From: Oscillospiraceae bacterium
GTDB taxonomy: Bacteria; Bacillota; Clostridia; Oscillospirales; Acutalibacteraceae
DNA: 64,000 nucleotides
Assembly: GCA_015066095.1 (NCBI GenBank)
Contig: SVPC01000003.1
Location: 1,407-65,406, forward strand
Reading direction: 5' to 3'
Under the pieces are notes generated by a model that did not search any database, was not told the DNA's origin, and saw only the letters and a program-made list of their open reading frames with translations. The first letter of the stretch is position 1. The number at the start of each line of letters is the position of its first letter. Positions 35,532 to 44,951 of the stretch are shown in pieces. The position numbers and the translations under genes are program-made.

Positions 35532-35559
35532 CTGCCAATTCCATCACACCGGCAAGTGT
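35532..35559 (-). repeat. direct repeat A: truncated 5' copy of tRNA-Leu(CAA) (22 nt, 35532-35553) plus 6 nt of leader
   Basis: Identical to 35360-35387. It diverges from the tRNA one nt before the 3' D-stem strand. Confidence 0.95.
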
Positions 35560-35589
35560 AGAAACAAGTAAAATTTACTCGACTTTGCT

Positions 35590-35618
35590 ATTATACATTA
35601 AAGTGTTTTCAAAATCAA
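35590..35618 (-). promoter_or_regulatory. sigma-A promoter (TTGATT-17-TATAAT) upstream of the truncated tRNA-Leu copy
   Basis: Hexamers on the minus strand ~30 nt upstream of the truncated copy. No comparable promoter lies between the insert and the intact tRNA. Confidence 0.65.
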
Positions 35619-35653
35619 GTCTTTTTTAATATTTTATTGAAAAATCGAAAAAA

Positions 35654-35679
35654 ATACGACAAGTTGATACTTGTCGTAT
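35654..35679. terminator. hairpin terminator ending the tRNA-CAT/tRNA-Trp transcription unit
   Basis: ATACGACAAGT-TGAT-ACTTGTCGTAT (11-bp stem) flanked by A- and T-tracts. Confidence 0.75.
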
Positions 35680-35682
35680 TTT

Positions 35683-35757
35683 TGGCAGGGGTAGAAGGAC
35701 TCGAACCCTCACAAACGGTTTTGGAGACCGGTGTGCTACCATTGACACCATACCCCT
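35683..35757 (-). tRNA. tRNA-Trp (anticodon CCA), CCA end encoded
   Basis: Minus strand: AGGGGTA...CCGGT-CTCCAAA-ACCGG...GAGGG-TTCGAGT-CCTTC-TACCCCT-G-CCA. Confidence 0.9.
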
Positions 35758-35803
35758 ATAAAAAATTATTAATAAAACCAAAACTAAAAAATAATGCTCA
35801 TTT

Positions 35804-35880
35804 TGGTGGACCAGCAGGGACTCGAACCCCGGACCAACCGGTTATGAGCCGGTTGCTCTAACCAACTGAGCTACTGGTCC
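35804..35880 (-). tRNA. tRNA with CAT anticodon (elongator Met or lysidine-dependent Ile2; not distinguishable by eye)
   Basis: Minus strand: GGACCAG-TA-GCTC-AGTTGGTTA-GAGC-A-ACCGG-CTCATAA-CCGGT...GGGGT-TCGAGTC-CC..-CTGGTCC-A-CCA. The body resembles Ile-type tRNAs. Confidence 0.85.
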
Positions 35881-35895
35881 AAACGAGCAAGATTT

Positions 35896-35924
35896 ATTAT
35901 ATCAACAAACCAATCTTTTGTCAA
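35896..35924 (-). promoter_or_regulatory. consensus sigma-A promoter (TTGACA-17-TATAAT) for the tRNA-CAT/tRNA-Trp unit
   Basis: Both hexamers are perfect, with a 17-nt spacer, 15 nt upstream of the tRNA 5' end. Confidence 0.8.
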
Positions 35925-36044
35925 TACAAAAAATGAAATATTTTTAATTATTTTTTTAGGCCTTTTTTGACCACAAAACCTTGTGCCTATATATTATTAT
36001 ATACACTAAAATAGTTAAAAAATGGTTACAAAGTGGGGAAAAGG

Positions 36045-36074
36045 TTGACATAATGGGTGTTTTTTTGGTAAAAT
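36045..36074 (+). promoter_or_regulatory. candidate promoter TTGACA-18-TAAAAT for the yicC operon
   Basis: Hexamers ~80 nt upstream of yicC. Confidence 0.5.
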
Positions 36075-36155
36075 AATATGAATTATTATGGGAAAGTATC
36101 GTTTTTGGCTTAAATAATAATTCACTTTAAAAAATGGAATTTCAGGAGTGAAATT

Positions 36156-37034
36156 ATGGTAAGAAGTATGACAGGCTTTGGCAGAGCCAAAGCGCAAATT
36201 GACGGGCTTGATATTACGGTAGAAATCAAATCTGTAAACCACAGATATTTTGAATTTTCTTGCCGTACGCCACGCGCTTATTCTTTTTTGGAAGAAAAGA
36301 TTAAGTCACATCTTTCCGGAGCTGTAACACGTGGTAAAATTGAGGTTGGTGTTTTAATTGATGATAACACCGAAAATGCAACAGTTGTAGAAATTGACCG
36401 CGAATATACAACCGCATACCTTAATGCACTTAAAACTCTTTCAAAAGAGTACGGCATTAAGAATGATGTTAAGACATCAGCGCTTGTGGGAAATAATGAT
36501 ATTTTTAAAATCAAGCGTCAAACAATTGAAGATGAAGTTATAACAAATGCGGTGTTAACCGTATTGGATGAAGCGCTTTCGAAGTTTATAGAAATGCGCA
36601 CAATTGAGGGAGAGCGACTTTTAAAAGATGTTACCGACCGCGCAAATTATATTTTAGAAAAGGTTGCATTTATTGAAGAACGCTCACCCAAAACTGTTAA
36701 TGAATATCGCAATCGTATTGAGCAAAAAATTAAAGAACTTTTAGGCGACAATACCATCGATGAACAGCGCGTTTTAACCGAGGTTGCAATTTTTGCGGAC
36801 AAGGTTGCAGTTGCAGAAGAAACTGTTCGTCTTCGCAGTCATATAAAACAGTTTGAAACACTTATGTCTTCGGATGATGCAATAGGCAGAAAACTTGATT
36901 TTATTGTTCAGGAAATGAATCGTGAAGCAAATACAATAGGTTCTAAAGCACAAGACATTGAGATTGCACACACTGTTGTTGATATAAAATCTGAGATTGA
37001 GAAAATCCGTGAACAAATTCAAAATATGGAGTAA
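36156..37034 (+). CDS. yicC: YicC-family stress-induced protein (endoribonuclease YicC/YloC)
   Basis: N-terminus MVRSMTGFGRA, IKSVNHRY, and C-terminal FIVQEMNREANTIGSKA. Confidence 0.9.
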   Translation: MVRSMTGFGRAKAQIDGLDITVEIKSVNHRYFEFSCRTPRAYSFLEEKIKSHLSGAVTRGKIEVGVLIDDNTENATVVEIDREYTTAYLNALKTLSKEYGIKNDVKTSALVGNNDIFKIKRQTIEDEVITNAVLTVLDEALSKFIEMRTIEGERLLKDVTDRANYILEKVAFIEERSPKTVNEYRNRIEQKIKELLGDNTIDEQRVLTEVAIFADKVAVAEETVRLRSHIKQFETLMSSDDAIGRKLDFIVQEMNREANTIGSKAQDIEIAHTVVDIKSEIEKIREQIQNME

Positions 37035-37037
37035 TAT

Positions 37038-37304
37038 ATGAAACTTGTAAATATTGGCTCAGGAAATATGGTCTCTGCCGAAAGAATTGTAAGCATTTTG
37101 ACCCCTGATTCTGCACCTATTAAGCGAATCATACAGGATGCAAAGGAACAAGGTATACTGATTGATGCCACAATTGGCAGAAAAACCAAAACAGTTATTA
37201 TAACAGATAGCCACCATGTTATCCTTTGTTATTTAACTTATGAAAAACTGGCTTCGCGCGTTAGCGATTTTGATGTGATATTTGAGGAGGAAGAAGATGA
37301 ATAA
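37038..37304 (+). CDS. remA: RemA/DUF370-family regulator
   Basis: 88 aa. [49 protein letters not shown]. Confidence 0.88.
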   Translation: MKLVNIGSGNMVSAERIVSILTPDSAPIKRIIQDAKEQGILIDATIGRKTKTVIITDSHHVILCYLTYEKLASRVSDFDVIFEEEEDE

Positions 37305-37905
37305 AGGCGGAATTTTCATTATTTCAGGCCCTTCGGGCTCGGGCAAAGACACTTTGCTTGTAGAATTATTTAAAAAATGCCCTGATATAAAATTTTCTAT
37401 TTCTTCAATTACACGTCCAATGCGCGAGGGTGAGGTTGAGGGTGAAAAATATAATTTTATTTCGCGCGAAAAGTTTGAACAAATGCTTAAAGACGATATG
37501 TTATTAGAACATAATGTATACGCGGGAAATTACTATGGCACTCCAAAATTCCCTGTAATTGACGCATCACAACAAGGTTTTGATATGATGATTGAAGTGG
37601 ATGTTAACGGGGCGCGTCAAATCAGAGAAAAATTGCCCGAAGCGGTTAGTATTTTTATAATGCCGCCATCGTATACAGAACTTAGAAAAAGACTAAGTAG
37701 TCGCGGTACCGAAACACAACAGGTTATTGATGAGCGTATGCAAATTGCATTATCTGAAATAGCCCGTGCTGACGAATATGACTATATTGTAGTTAATGAT
37801 GACATTACTACTGCGGTAGATGACTTAATTTCAGTAATATCAAACAGTCGTTTGTTATTAAATAGACAAAAATTTTTGATTAATGAGGTGCTTAATAATG
37901 CTTAA
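37297..37905 (+). CDS. gmk: guanylate kinase
   Basis: The ATG at 37297 follows GAGGAGG. P-loop [24 protein letters not shown]-like [16 protein letters not shown]. Confidence 0.93.
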   Translation: MNKGGIFIISGPSGSGKDTLLVELFKKCPDIKFSISSITRPMREGEVEGEKYNFISREKFEQMLKDDMLLEHNVYAGNYYGTPKFPVIDASQQGFDMMIEVDVNGARQIREKLPEAVSIFIMPPSYTELRKRLSSRGTETQQVIDERMQIALSEIARADEYDYIVVNDDITTAVDDLISVISNSRLLLNRQKFLINEVLNNA

Positions 37906-38077
37906 TCCTAACATTGGTAAACTTATTAAAAATTATGACAACAGATATCGTTTAGTGCTCGATATCGCAAATACTGCTCGCGATATCTCCAAAGCACAAG
38001 AAGAAAACGGCGAAATTTCTACTTGTAAGCCGGTAAGCCTTGCAATTGATACTTTAGCAAACAAAGCAGAAGACTAA
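37898..38077 (+). CDS. rpoZ: DNA-directed RNA polymerase subunit omega
   Basis: 59 aa, positioned after gmk as in Bacillus. The NRYRLVLDIANTAR motif is present and a GAGGTG RBS lies upstream. Confidence 0.85.
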   Translation: MLNPNIGKLIKNYDNRYRLVLDIANTARDISKAQEENGEISTCKPVSLAIDTLANKAED

Positions 38078-38100
38078 AATATTTTTTCGGGGGAAAGGTT

Positions 38101-40509
38101 GTGAAAGGAATGGTTGCAAAAATCGCATTGCAAGGTGCAACATTTGCGTTTGATAAACTGTATAGTTATACCATTCCTGCCGAATTTGATGTTAATGTAG
38201 GCTGCAGAGTTTTAGTACCCTTTGGCAGAGGAAATACCAAAAAACAGGGTATGGTTTTTGAAATTTGTGATGAACCTTGCGACAATCTAAAACCTATAAT
38301 TAAGGTTTTAGATAAAGAGCCCGTTCTAACAAATGAATGTGTCGAAATGTGCAAATATATGCAAGAAAATATTTTTTGCACATATTATGATGCAGTAAAC
38401 GCTATGTTGCCTATAGGCATTACCCACAAATTGATTGATTTTTATTCTGCTAACGAACAGTTTGCGTCATCGCTTTTATCTGATGAAGAACTATTAGTTT
38501 ATGAGTTTCTGCAAAAAAAGGGCGAAACCGCACAAAAAGATATTATCGATAAACTCGGTGTATCCGAAGAATTACTTGACCGAATGTTAAAATCGGAAGC
38601 GCTTATAAAAAATAGTGATTCTTATCAGAAAATGGGTGACGCTACCCAAAAATGGGTAAGGCTTCACGAAAATTATGATGCGGTAAAACTCACCCAGCGG
38701 CAAAAAGAAATTGTTGATTTACTTAAAGATATTGAAACTGCAAGTGTAAAAGAAATACGCTATTTCACGGGTGTTTCTCTGTCTGTTATTGAAACTCTTA
38801 TTAAAAAGGAAGTTTTAATTACCTTTGAAAAACAAGTCTTCAGAAAACCTTATAAAGTAGATAATACAGTAAATACGAGTGAAATAACACTTACAGACGA
38901 ACAAAACGATGCATTTTGCGGTCTTTTGGAAGACTATAATGCAAAAGATGGTAAAGTAGCGCTTTTATACGGTGTCACTGGCTCCGGTAAAACTCAAGTT
39001 TTCTTAAAACTTGTCGATAAAGTGGCGGGCGACGGCAAGGGTGTTATTGTAATGGTGCCCGAAATTGCGCTTACTCCCCAAATGATAAATATTTTCACCT
39101 CACGCTATGGCAATAAAATTGCTGTATTTCACAGCGCAATGTCACAAGGTCAGCGTATGGATGAGTGGAAACGCATTAAAAACGGTGACGCCTTAATTGC
39201 GATTGGTACAAGGAGTGCTATTTTTGCACCTTTTAAAGATTTAGGGCTTATCATTATTGATGAAGAACAAGAACACACCTATAAATCTGAAAAAACACCG
39301 CGTTTTCATACCCGTTCATTAGCAAAATTCCGCACAGCATTGGGCGGTGGTCTTTTGTGTCTTGCATCTGCTACGCCGTCAATTGAAACCTTTACAAATG
39401 CCAAAGCGGGTAAATATTCACTATATACCATAAAAAACCGCTACGGTAATGCTGTTTTGCCCGACGTTCATATCGTTGATATGAAAAAAGAGATTTTAAA
39501 CGGCAATTCTTCGTGCTTTAGTAATGCACTTTTTGAAGAACTTGAACTTACCTTGAAAAATAAAAAACAGGCAATAATTCTCTTAAACCGTCGCGGTCAC
39601 AATACATATATTTCCTGTCCTGATTGTGGATATGTTGCTACCTGTCCAAATTGCAGTCTTTCTATGACTTATCATTCTGCGAATAAACGACTTCTGTGTC
39701 ATTATTGCGGTCATTCTGTTGCCGTAACCAATAAATGTCCTGAATGCGGTAAAGAACACCTTAAATTTTTAGGGCTCGGCACACAAAAAGCGGTAGAAGA
39801 ATTAAATGCGCTATTTCCTGATGCGCGTGTTTTGCGTTTAGATGCCGACAGTACGCTGTCACGCGATTCTCACGCTAATTATCTTAACTCCTTTGCAAAC
39901 GGCGAATATGACATACTTTTGGGCACACAGATGGTGGCTAAAGGGCTCGATTTTCCAAATGTTACACTTGTAGGTGTTTTGGGTGCCGACGGCGGTCTTC
40001 AAGGTGAAGATTTCCGCGGTGATGAAAAGACTTTTTCACTATTAACACAGGTTGTAGGTCGTGCAGGTAGGGGAGAAAACTCCGGCAAAGCCATTATTCA
40101 AACCACCAATCCTGAAAGCAGTGTCATAGAACTTGCAAAAAATCAGGATTATGACAGTTTTTATAATGACGAAATTTTATCCCGTAAACTTTTCATTTAT
40201 CCACCGTACTGTGATATGGCAGTAATTTGTGTTCAGTCTATTTTCAAAGAACAGGCTCAAAATACAATAAACGGCATTTTTGGTAAAATACGGGAAATGA
40301 TAAATAATGAGTACAGTGATATAAAACTGATAATTTTAGGCCCTGCGCCAAGCACTATTGCAAAAATTAATAACCGATACCGCTACCGTATGATTATAAA
40401 ATGCAAAAATAATAAACGGTTTAGAGAAATGCTAAAATCGGCTATTGATATAAATTTAAAAAATGATATTTCGGTTAGCGTGGATATAAATCCCGAAACC
40501 GTTTTATAG
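38101..40509 (+). CDS. priA: primosomal protein N' (replication restart helicase PriA)
   Basis: 802 aa. Walker A GVTGSGKTQVF, DEEQE box, Cys-rich zinc region CPDCG...CPNCS...CHYCG...CPECG. The start is either GTG 38101 or ATG 38110. Confidence 0.93.
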   Translation: MKGMVAKIALQGATFAFDKLYSYTIPAEFDVNVGCRVLVPFGRGNTKKQGMVFEICDEPCDNLKPIIKVLDKEPVLTNECVEMCKYMQENIFCTYYDAVNAMLPIGITHKLIDFYSANEQFASSLLSDEELLVYEFLQKKGETAQKDIIDKLGVSEELLDRMLKSEALIKNSDSYQKMGDATQKWVRLHENYDAVKLTQRQKEIVDLLKDIETASVKEIRYFTGVSLSVIETLIKKEVLITFEKQVFRKPYKVDNTVNTSEITLTDEQNDAFCGLLEDYNAKDGKVALLYGVTGSGKTQVFLKLVDKVAGDGKGVIVMVPEIALTPQMINIFTSRYGNKIAVFHSAMSQGQRMDEWKRIKNGDALIAIGTRSAIFAPFKDLGLIIIDEEQEHTYKSEKTPRFHTRSLAKFRTALGGGLLCLASATPSIETFTNAKAGKYSLYTIKNRYGNAVLPDVHIVDMKKEILNGNSSCFSNALFEELELTLKNKKQAIILLNRRGHNTYISCPDCGYVATCPNCSLSMTYHSANKRLLCHYCGHSVAVTNKCPECGKEHLKFLGLGTQKAVEELNALFPDARVLRLDADSTLSRDSHANYLNSFANGEYDILLGTQMVAKGLDFPNVTLVGVLGADGGLQGEDFRGDEKTFSLLTQVVGRAGRGENSGKAIIQTTNPESSVIELAKNQDYDSFYNDEILSRKLFIYPPYCDMAVICVQSIFKEQAQNTINGIFGKIREMINNEYSDIKLIILGPAPSTIAKINNRYRYRMIIKCKNNKRFREMLKSAIDINLKNDISVSVDINPETVL

Positions 40510-40518
40510 GAGGCTTTT

Positions 40519-40965
40519 ATGGCTATTAGGAATGTTGTCACATTAGGTGATGATTGTCTGCGTAAAGTATGTCGCACACAAATGCAGTTTGACGAGCGTT
40601 TGTGGACTGTACTTGACGATATGAAAGATACAATGTATCACGCTGAGGGTGTGGGTCTTGCCGCACCGCAAGTTGGAATTTTGCGTAGATATTGTATTAT
40701 AGATGTTGGCGACGGTTTAATAGAACTTATAAACCCCGTTATTGTCGAAACGAAAGGTACACAAACTGATAACGAAGGTTGCTTGTCACTACCCGGTAAA
40801 TTCAGCGAAGTGACACGCCCTATGACAGTTACAGTTCGCGCACAAGATAGATTCGGTAAAAACTTTACCGTAACAGGTGAAGGACTTAAAGCCAGAGCAT
40901 TATGCCACGAAATTGACCATCTCGACGGTATACTTTATATTGATAAGGCTAATAAAGGAAAATAG
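40519..40965 (+). CDS. def: peptide deformylase
   Basis: GVGLAAPQVG, EGCLSLPG and HEIDHLDG motifs. Confidence 0.95.
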   Translation: MAIRNVVTLGDDCLRKVCRTQMQFDERLWTVLDDMKDTMYHAEGVGLAAPQVGILRRYCIIDVGDGLIELINPVIVETKGTQTDNEGCLSLPGKFSEVTRPMTVTVRAQDRFGKNFTVTGEGLKARALCHEIDHLDGILYIDKANKGK

Positions 40966-40966
40966 T

Positions 40967-41893
40967 ATGAATATAGTTTTTATGGGAACGCCCGATTACG
41001 CGGCAAAAACCCTTGAAGCATTGATAAATACCGAGCATAAAATCTCTGCCGTGTTTGCTCAACCTGACAAACCCGTTGGAAGAAAACAGGTTTTAACTCC
41101 ACCGCCCGTTAAGGTTGTAGCGCTTGAAAACAATATACCTGTATTTCAGCCCACAACACTTAAAAACGGTGAAGTATTAGAAATATTAAAAAAATTAAAC
41201 CCTGATGTTATTGTGGTAGTGGCTTACGGTAAAATTTTACCAAAAGAAATACTGGAATTACCTAAATACGGATGTGTTAATGGTCATGCTTCACTTTTAC
41301 CGAAATACCGCGGTTCTTCACCTATACAGTGGTGTATTATAAATGGTGAAACCGAAACAGGTGTCACTACAATGCTTATGGATGAGGGTATTGACACAGG
41401 TGATATTTTAGAAATTCAGAAGGTTGCTATCGGACCCGACGAAACCGCCGAAGAATTGTTTGAACGTTTAGCAGATGTAAGCGCTTCGCTTATGGCTTCT
41501 ACTTTAAACAAATTAGAGAACGGAGAAATTACACCTAAAAAACAAACAGGCGAAGCGACTTATACTACCATTATTAAAAAAGAAATGGCTAAAATTGACT
41601 TTTCAAAACCTGCTAATGAAGTACACAATGCGGTACGCGGGTTCTATTCTTGGCCTTGTGCATTTTTCTTCCTTGGCGGAAAAAGGATAAAGGTAATTAA
41701 AACCGCTATCGGTGAGCCGTGCGATAAGAAAAGTGGCTATGTAATAGGTAATTCTGATTCGCTTACAGTTTCTTGCGGAAATGGTACATCTATTAAAATA
41801 TTAGAACTTCAACCCGAAGGCTCAAAACCGATGACTGCTAAACAAATGTTATGCGGCAGACCGATTGAAATCGGCACTTATATAGGTGAATAA
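40967..41893 (+). CDS. fmt: methionyl-tRNA formyltransferase
   Basis: The ATG at 40967 gives MNIVFMGTPDYA. HASLLPKYRGSSPIQ is present. The ORF-track extension overlaps def. Confidence 0.95.
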   Translation: MNIVFMGTPDYAAKTLEALINTEHKISAVFAQPDKPVGRKQVLTPPPVKVVALENNIPVFQPTTLKNGEVLEILKKLNPDVIVVVAYGKILPKEILELPKYGCVNGHASLLPKYRGSSPIQWCIINGETETGVTTMLMDEGIDTGDILEIQKVAIGPDETAEELFERLADVSASLMASTLNKLENGEITPKKQTGEATYTTIIKKEMAKIDFSKPANEVHNAVRGFYSWPCAFFFLGGKRIKVIKTAIGEPCDKKSGYVIGNSDSLTVSCGNGTSIKILELQPEGSKPMTAKQMLCGRPIEIGTYIGE

Positions 41894-41894
41894 T

Positions 41895-43154
41895 ATGGTT
41901 AATCCGCGTAGCCTTGCTGTAAAAATTTTAATAAAAATCGAAAAAGACAATGCTTATTCTAATTTGACTCTTAATGCATTTTTCGAAGAAACTGAAATTT
42001 CACCCTTAGATAAAGCATTTGTGACTAATTTGGTATACGGTGTAATTGAACGAAAAATTACGCTTGACTATGTGCTTAAAACTTTTATAAAAACACCATT
42101 AAAAAAGGTTACACCTATTACGCTTAACACTTTACGTATAGCACTTTATCAAATTATGTTTATGGATAAAATACCCGAAAGCTCCGCCGTAAATGAAGCT
42201 GTCAAATGTATAAAAAAATCTAAAGAAAGCCGTAATTCAGGCTTTGTCAATGCGGTTTTGCGTAATATTCTACGCGCCGAATATCTTTTACCACAAGGTG
42301 AAAGCATTGATAATTTAAGCGTTATTTACTCTTGCCCGTGTGAAATTATAGAAAGTTATATAAACGATTACGGTTTTGAAAATACAAAACTTTTATTAGA
42401 AGAAAGTTTAAAACCTGCGCCCCTTACTGTTAGGGTTAATACACTCAAAACCGATATAGAAAATTTTGTAAATAACGTCGGTGTTGAAACAAAATTGTTA
42501 GATATTGATGGCGCGGTCGAATTAAAGAACGGAATTTCCATAGGCAATAATTCCTTGTATAATGATGGTTTGTTTTTTGTACAAGATACCGCTTCGCAAA
42601 GGGTTGTGAATATATTAAACCCTAAAAGCGGTGAGCGTATGCTTGATATGTGCGCAGCCCCCGGTGGTAAATCTTTTTCGTCGGCTATTTTAATGGAAAA
42701 TGAAGGCGAAATCGTTTCTTGTGATTTATATGAACACAAATGCAACCTTATTAAAAAATCCGCAGAGCGACTTGGTTTGGATATAATAAAGCCAACCGTA
42801 TGTGACGCTACAGTTTTTAATACCGATTTAGGTTATTTTGATTGTGTTTTGTGTGATGTACCTTGTTCGGGACTCGGGATTATAAGACGCAAACCCGAAA
42901 TTAAGTATAAAGATTTCAAAGAATTTGACAATTTGCCCGAAATAGGGCTAAAAATTCTAAATAATGCAAAAAATTATTTAAAACCGCAGGGCAGAATTCT
43001 TTATTCTACCTGTACTTTAAGAAAAGCTGAAAACGAATGTGTGGTTGAGCAGTTTTTGAAAGAAAACCCCGAGTTTTCGCTTGAATATTCGCACACATTT
43101 ATGCCGCATACCGATAATACCGACGGTTTTTACTGCGCTTTACTTAAAAAATAG
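41895..43154 (+). CDS. rsmB: 16S rRNA (cytosine967-C5)-methyltransferase
   Basis: N-terminal NusB-like domain and C-terminal MTase with DMCAAPGGKS, DVPCSGLG and YSTCT motifs. Confidence 0.9.
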   Translation: MVNPRSLAVKILIKIEKDNAYSNLTLNAFFEETEISPLDKAFVTNLVYGVIERKITLDYVLKTFIKTPLKKVTPITLNTLRIALYQIMFMDKIPESSAVNEAVKCIKKSKESRNSGFVNAVLRNILRAEYLLPQGESIDNLSVIYSCPCEIIESYINDYGFENTKLLLEESLKPAPLTVRVNTLKTDIENFVNNVGVETKLLDIDGAVELKNGISIGNNSLYNDGLFFVQDTASQRVVNILNPKSGERMLDMCAAPGGKSFSSAILMENEGEIVSCDLYEHKCNLIKKSAERLGLDIIKPTVCDATVFNTDLGYFDCVLCDVPCSGLGIIRRKPEIKYKDFKEFDNLPEIGLKILNNAKNYLKPQGRILYSTCTLRKAENECVVEQFLKENPEFSLEYSHTFMPHTDNTDGFYCALLKK

Positions 43155-43169
43155 AAAGGGAGGGTCAAA

Positions 43170-44222
43170 TTGGAAAAAATCGATATCCGTTCTTACGATT
43201 TAGCCGAGTTGGAAAGTTTTTTAACATCGCTTTCGCAACCTAAATTTCGAACAAAGCAAATATTCAAATGGCTTCATTCGGGTATAGAAGATTTTGACCA
43301 AATGACCAATATCCCAAAGTCTTTACGAGATATTTTAAAAGAAAAATGCTATCTTGCAAACTGCAAAATAGTTAAAAAATTTGTTTCACAAATTGATGCT
43401 ACTGTAAAATATGTTTACCAACTTTTTGACGGTGAATATATTGAATCGGTGCTTATGAAATACGAACACGGTTATACGGTTTGTATTTCTACTCAAGTGG
43501 GTTGCCGTATGGGTTGCTCGTTTTGTGCTTCGGGTCTTTGGGGTCTTTGCCGTAATCTTACTCCGTCTGAAATGTTGGCGCAAATAATGAAAGCCCAAAC
43601 CGACAATAATATCCGCGTTTCTAATGTTGTTATGATGGGAATGGGCGAACCGCTTGACAATTTTGATAACTCTGTAAAGTTTTTAAAACTTGTATCAGAT
43701 GATGAAGGACTGAATATTGGCCTTCGCCACATTTCACTTTCAACTTCGGGTGTGGTAAGCGGTATTAAAAAATTAGCAAAATATAATTTTCCAATAACCC
43801 TTTCAATCTCTTTACACGCACCGTTTGATGATATAAGAAGCGATATGATGAAAGTAAATAAGCGTTGGAATATTGAAGAGTTGCTTAATGCTTGTCGCGA
43901 ATATCAAGCAGTAACGACAAGGCGTATCTCGTTTGAATATGCCCTTATAAGCGGTGTGAATGACAGTAACGAATGTGCCGATAAATTAGCAAAAATACTA
44001 AAAGGTATTATGTGCCACGTGAATTTAATACCTGCAAATCCTGTAAAAGAAAATTCTTTCGAGAAACCAAATCTTGCGAAAATACACGCGTTTAAAGAAC
44101 GCTTAATATATAACGGTATCAACGCAACAGTACGCCGAACTTTGGGAGCAGATATTGATGCTTCTTGCGGTCAGTTGCGAAGAAAAGCAAAGGAGGTAAT
44201 GCTCAATGATAATACACAGTAA
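43170..44222 (+). CDS. rlmN: 23S rRNA/tRNA (adenine-C2)-methyltransferase, radical SAM
   Basis: TTG start behind GGGAGGG. CRMGCSFCASG radical-SAM cluster, GMGEPLDN, C-terminal CGQL. Confidence 0.92.
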   Translation: MEKIDIRSYDLAELESFLTSLSQPKFRTKQIFKWLHSGIEDFDQMTNIPKSLRDILKEKCYLANCKIVKKFVSQIDATVKYVYQLFDGEYIESVLMKYEHGYTVCISTQVGCRMGCSFCASGLWGLCRNLTPSEMLAQIMKAQTDNNIRVSNVVMMGMGEPLDNFDNSVKFLKLVSDDEGLNIGLRHISLSTSGVVSGIKKLAKYNFPITLSISLHAPFDDIRSDMMKVNKRWNIEELLNACREYQAVTTRRISFEYALISGVNDSNECADKLAKILKGIMCHVNLIPANPVKENSFEKPNLAKIHAFKERLIYNGINATVRRTLGADIDASCGQLRRKAKEVMLNDNTQ

Positions 44223-44934
44223 AATTGATAAAGGTATTATTAGGCACAGCAATCAAGATGCCTATTTAGCGGGTCAATTAGCCCCAAATATTACCTTTGC
44301 TGTTGTATGTGACGGTATGGGTGGTGCGAATGCAGGTAATATTGCTAGTGAAATCGCCGTTAAAGCCGTTAGTGAGTATCTTTATAATTCATACCGCGAA
44401 AACATAACCATTGACGAATTTGAAAGAATTATTAAAAACGCTATTTCAAGCGCTAATTTACAAGTTTATGACCGCGCAAAGAAAAACGAAGCGCTTACGG
44501 GTATGGGAACCACAATTGTGGCCACCGTGATTATTGATAATATGGCAGTGATTGCCCATGTTGGTGACAGTAGAATTTATCTTATAAATGATGATATTAC
44601 ACAACTTACCAAAGACCACTCGGTAGTGCAAACTTTAGTTGAATCGGGCAAAATCAGTCCCGAAGACGCTAAAATGCATCCTCGTAAAAATGTAATTACT
44701 CGTGCTTTAGGTGTTGAATCTGAGGTAATTGTAGATACCGATTTTTTACAAATTGAGAAAAATGATACATTGTTATTATGTACCGACGGTCTTTCAAATT
44801 TCGTTTCTGACCAAACAATACTTGAAATATTTAAAAATAATGAAATTTCCGATATCAGCGAAATTTTAGTAAACCTTGCAAATCAGAATGGCGGCGGCGA
44901 TAATATCACCGTTGTCACCCTAACTGCAGAGTAA
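44206..44934 (+). CDS. prpC: PP2C-family Ser/Thr protein phosphatase (Stp/PrpC)
   Basis: RHSNQDA, VCDGMGG, LLLCTDGLSN and GGGDNITVV motifs. It overlaps the rlmN 3' end. Confidence 0.92.
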   Translation: MIIHSKIDKGIIRHSNQDAYLAGQLAPNITFAVVCDGMGGANAGNIASEIAVKAVSEYLYNSYRENITIDEFERIIKNAISSANLQVYDRAKKNEALTGMGTTIVATVIIDNMAVIAHVGDSRIYLINDDITQLTKDHSVVQTLVESGKISPEDAKMHPRKNVITRALGVESEVIVDTDFLQIEKNDTLLLCTDGLSNFVSDQTILEIFKNNEISDISEILVNLANQNGGGDNITVVTLTAE

Positions 44935-44951
44935 AGAAAGGAAGATTATTT

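Noticed and set aside
35637-35861. 74-aa plus-strand ORF
   Set aside because: It is antisense to tRNA-Trp and tRNA-CAT and to their terminator, so it is an artefact of tRNA sequence.
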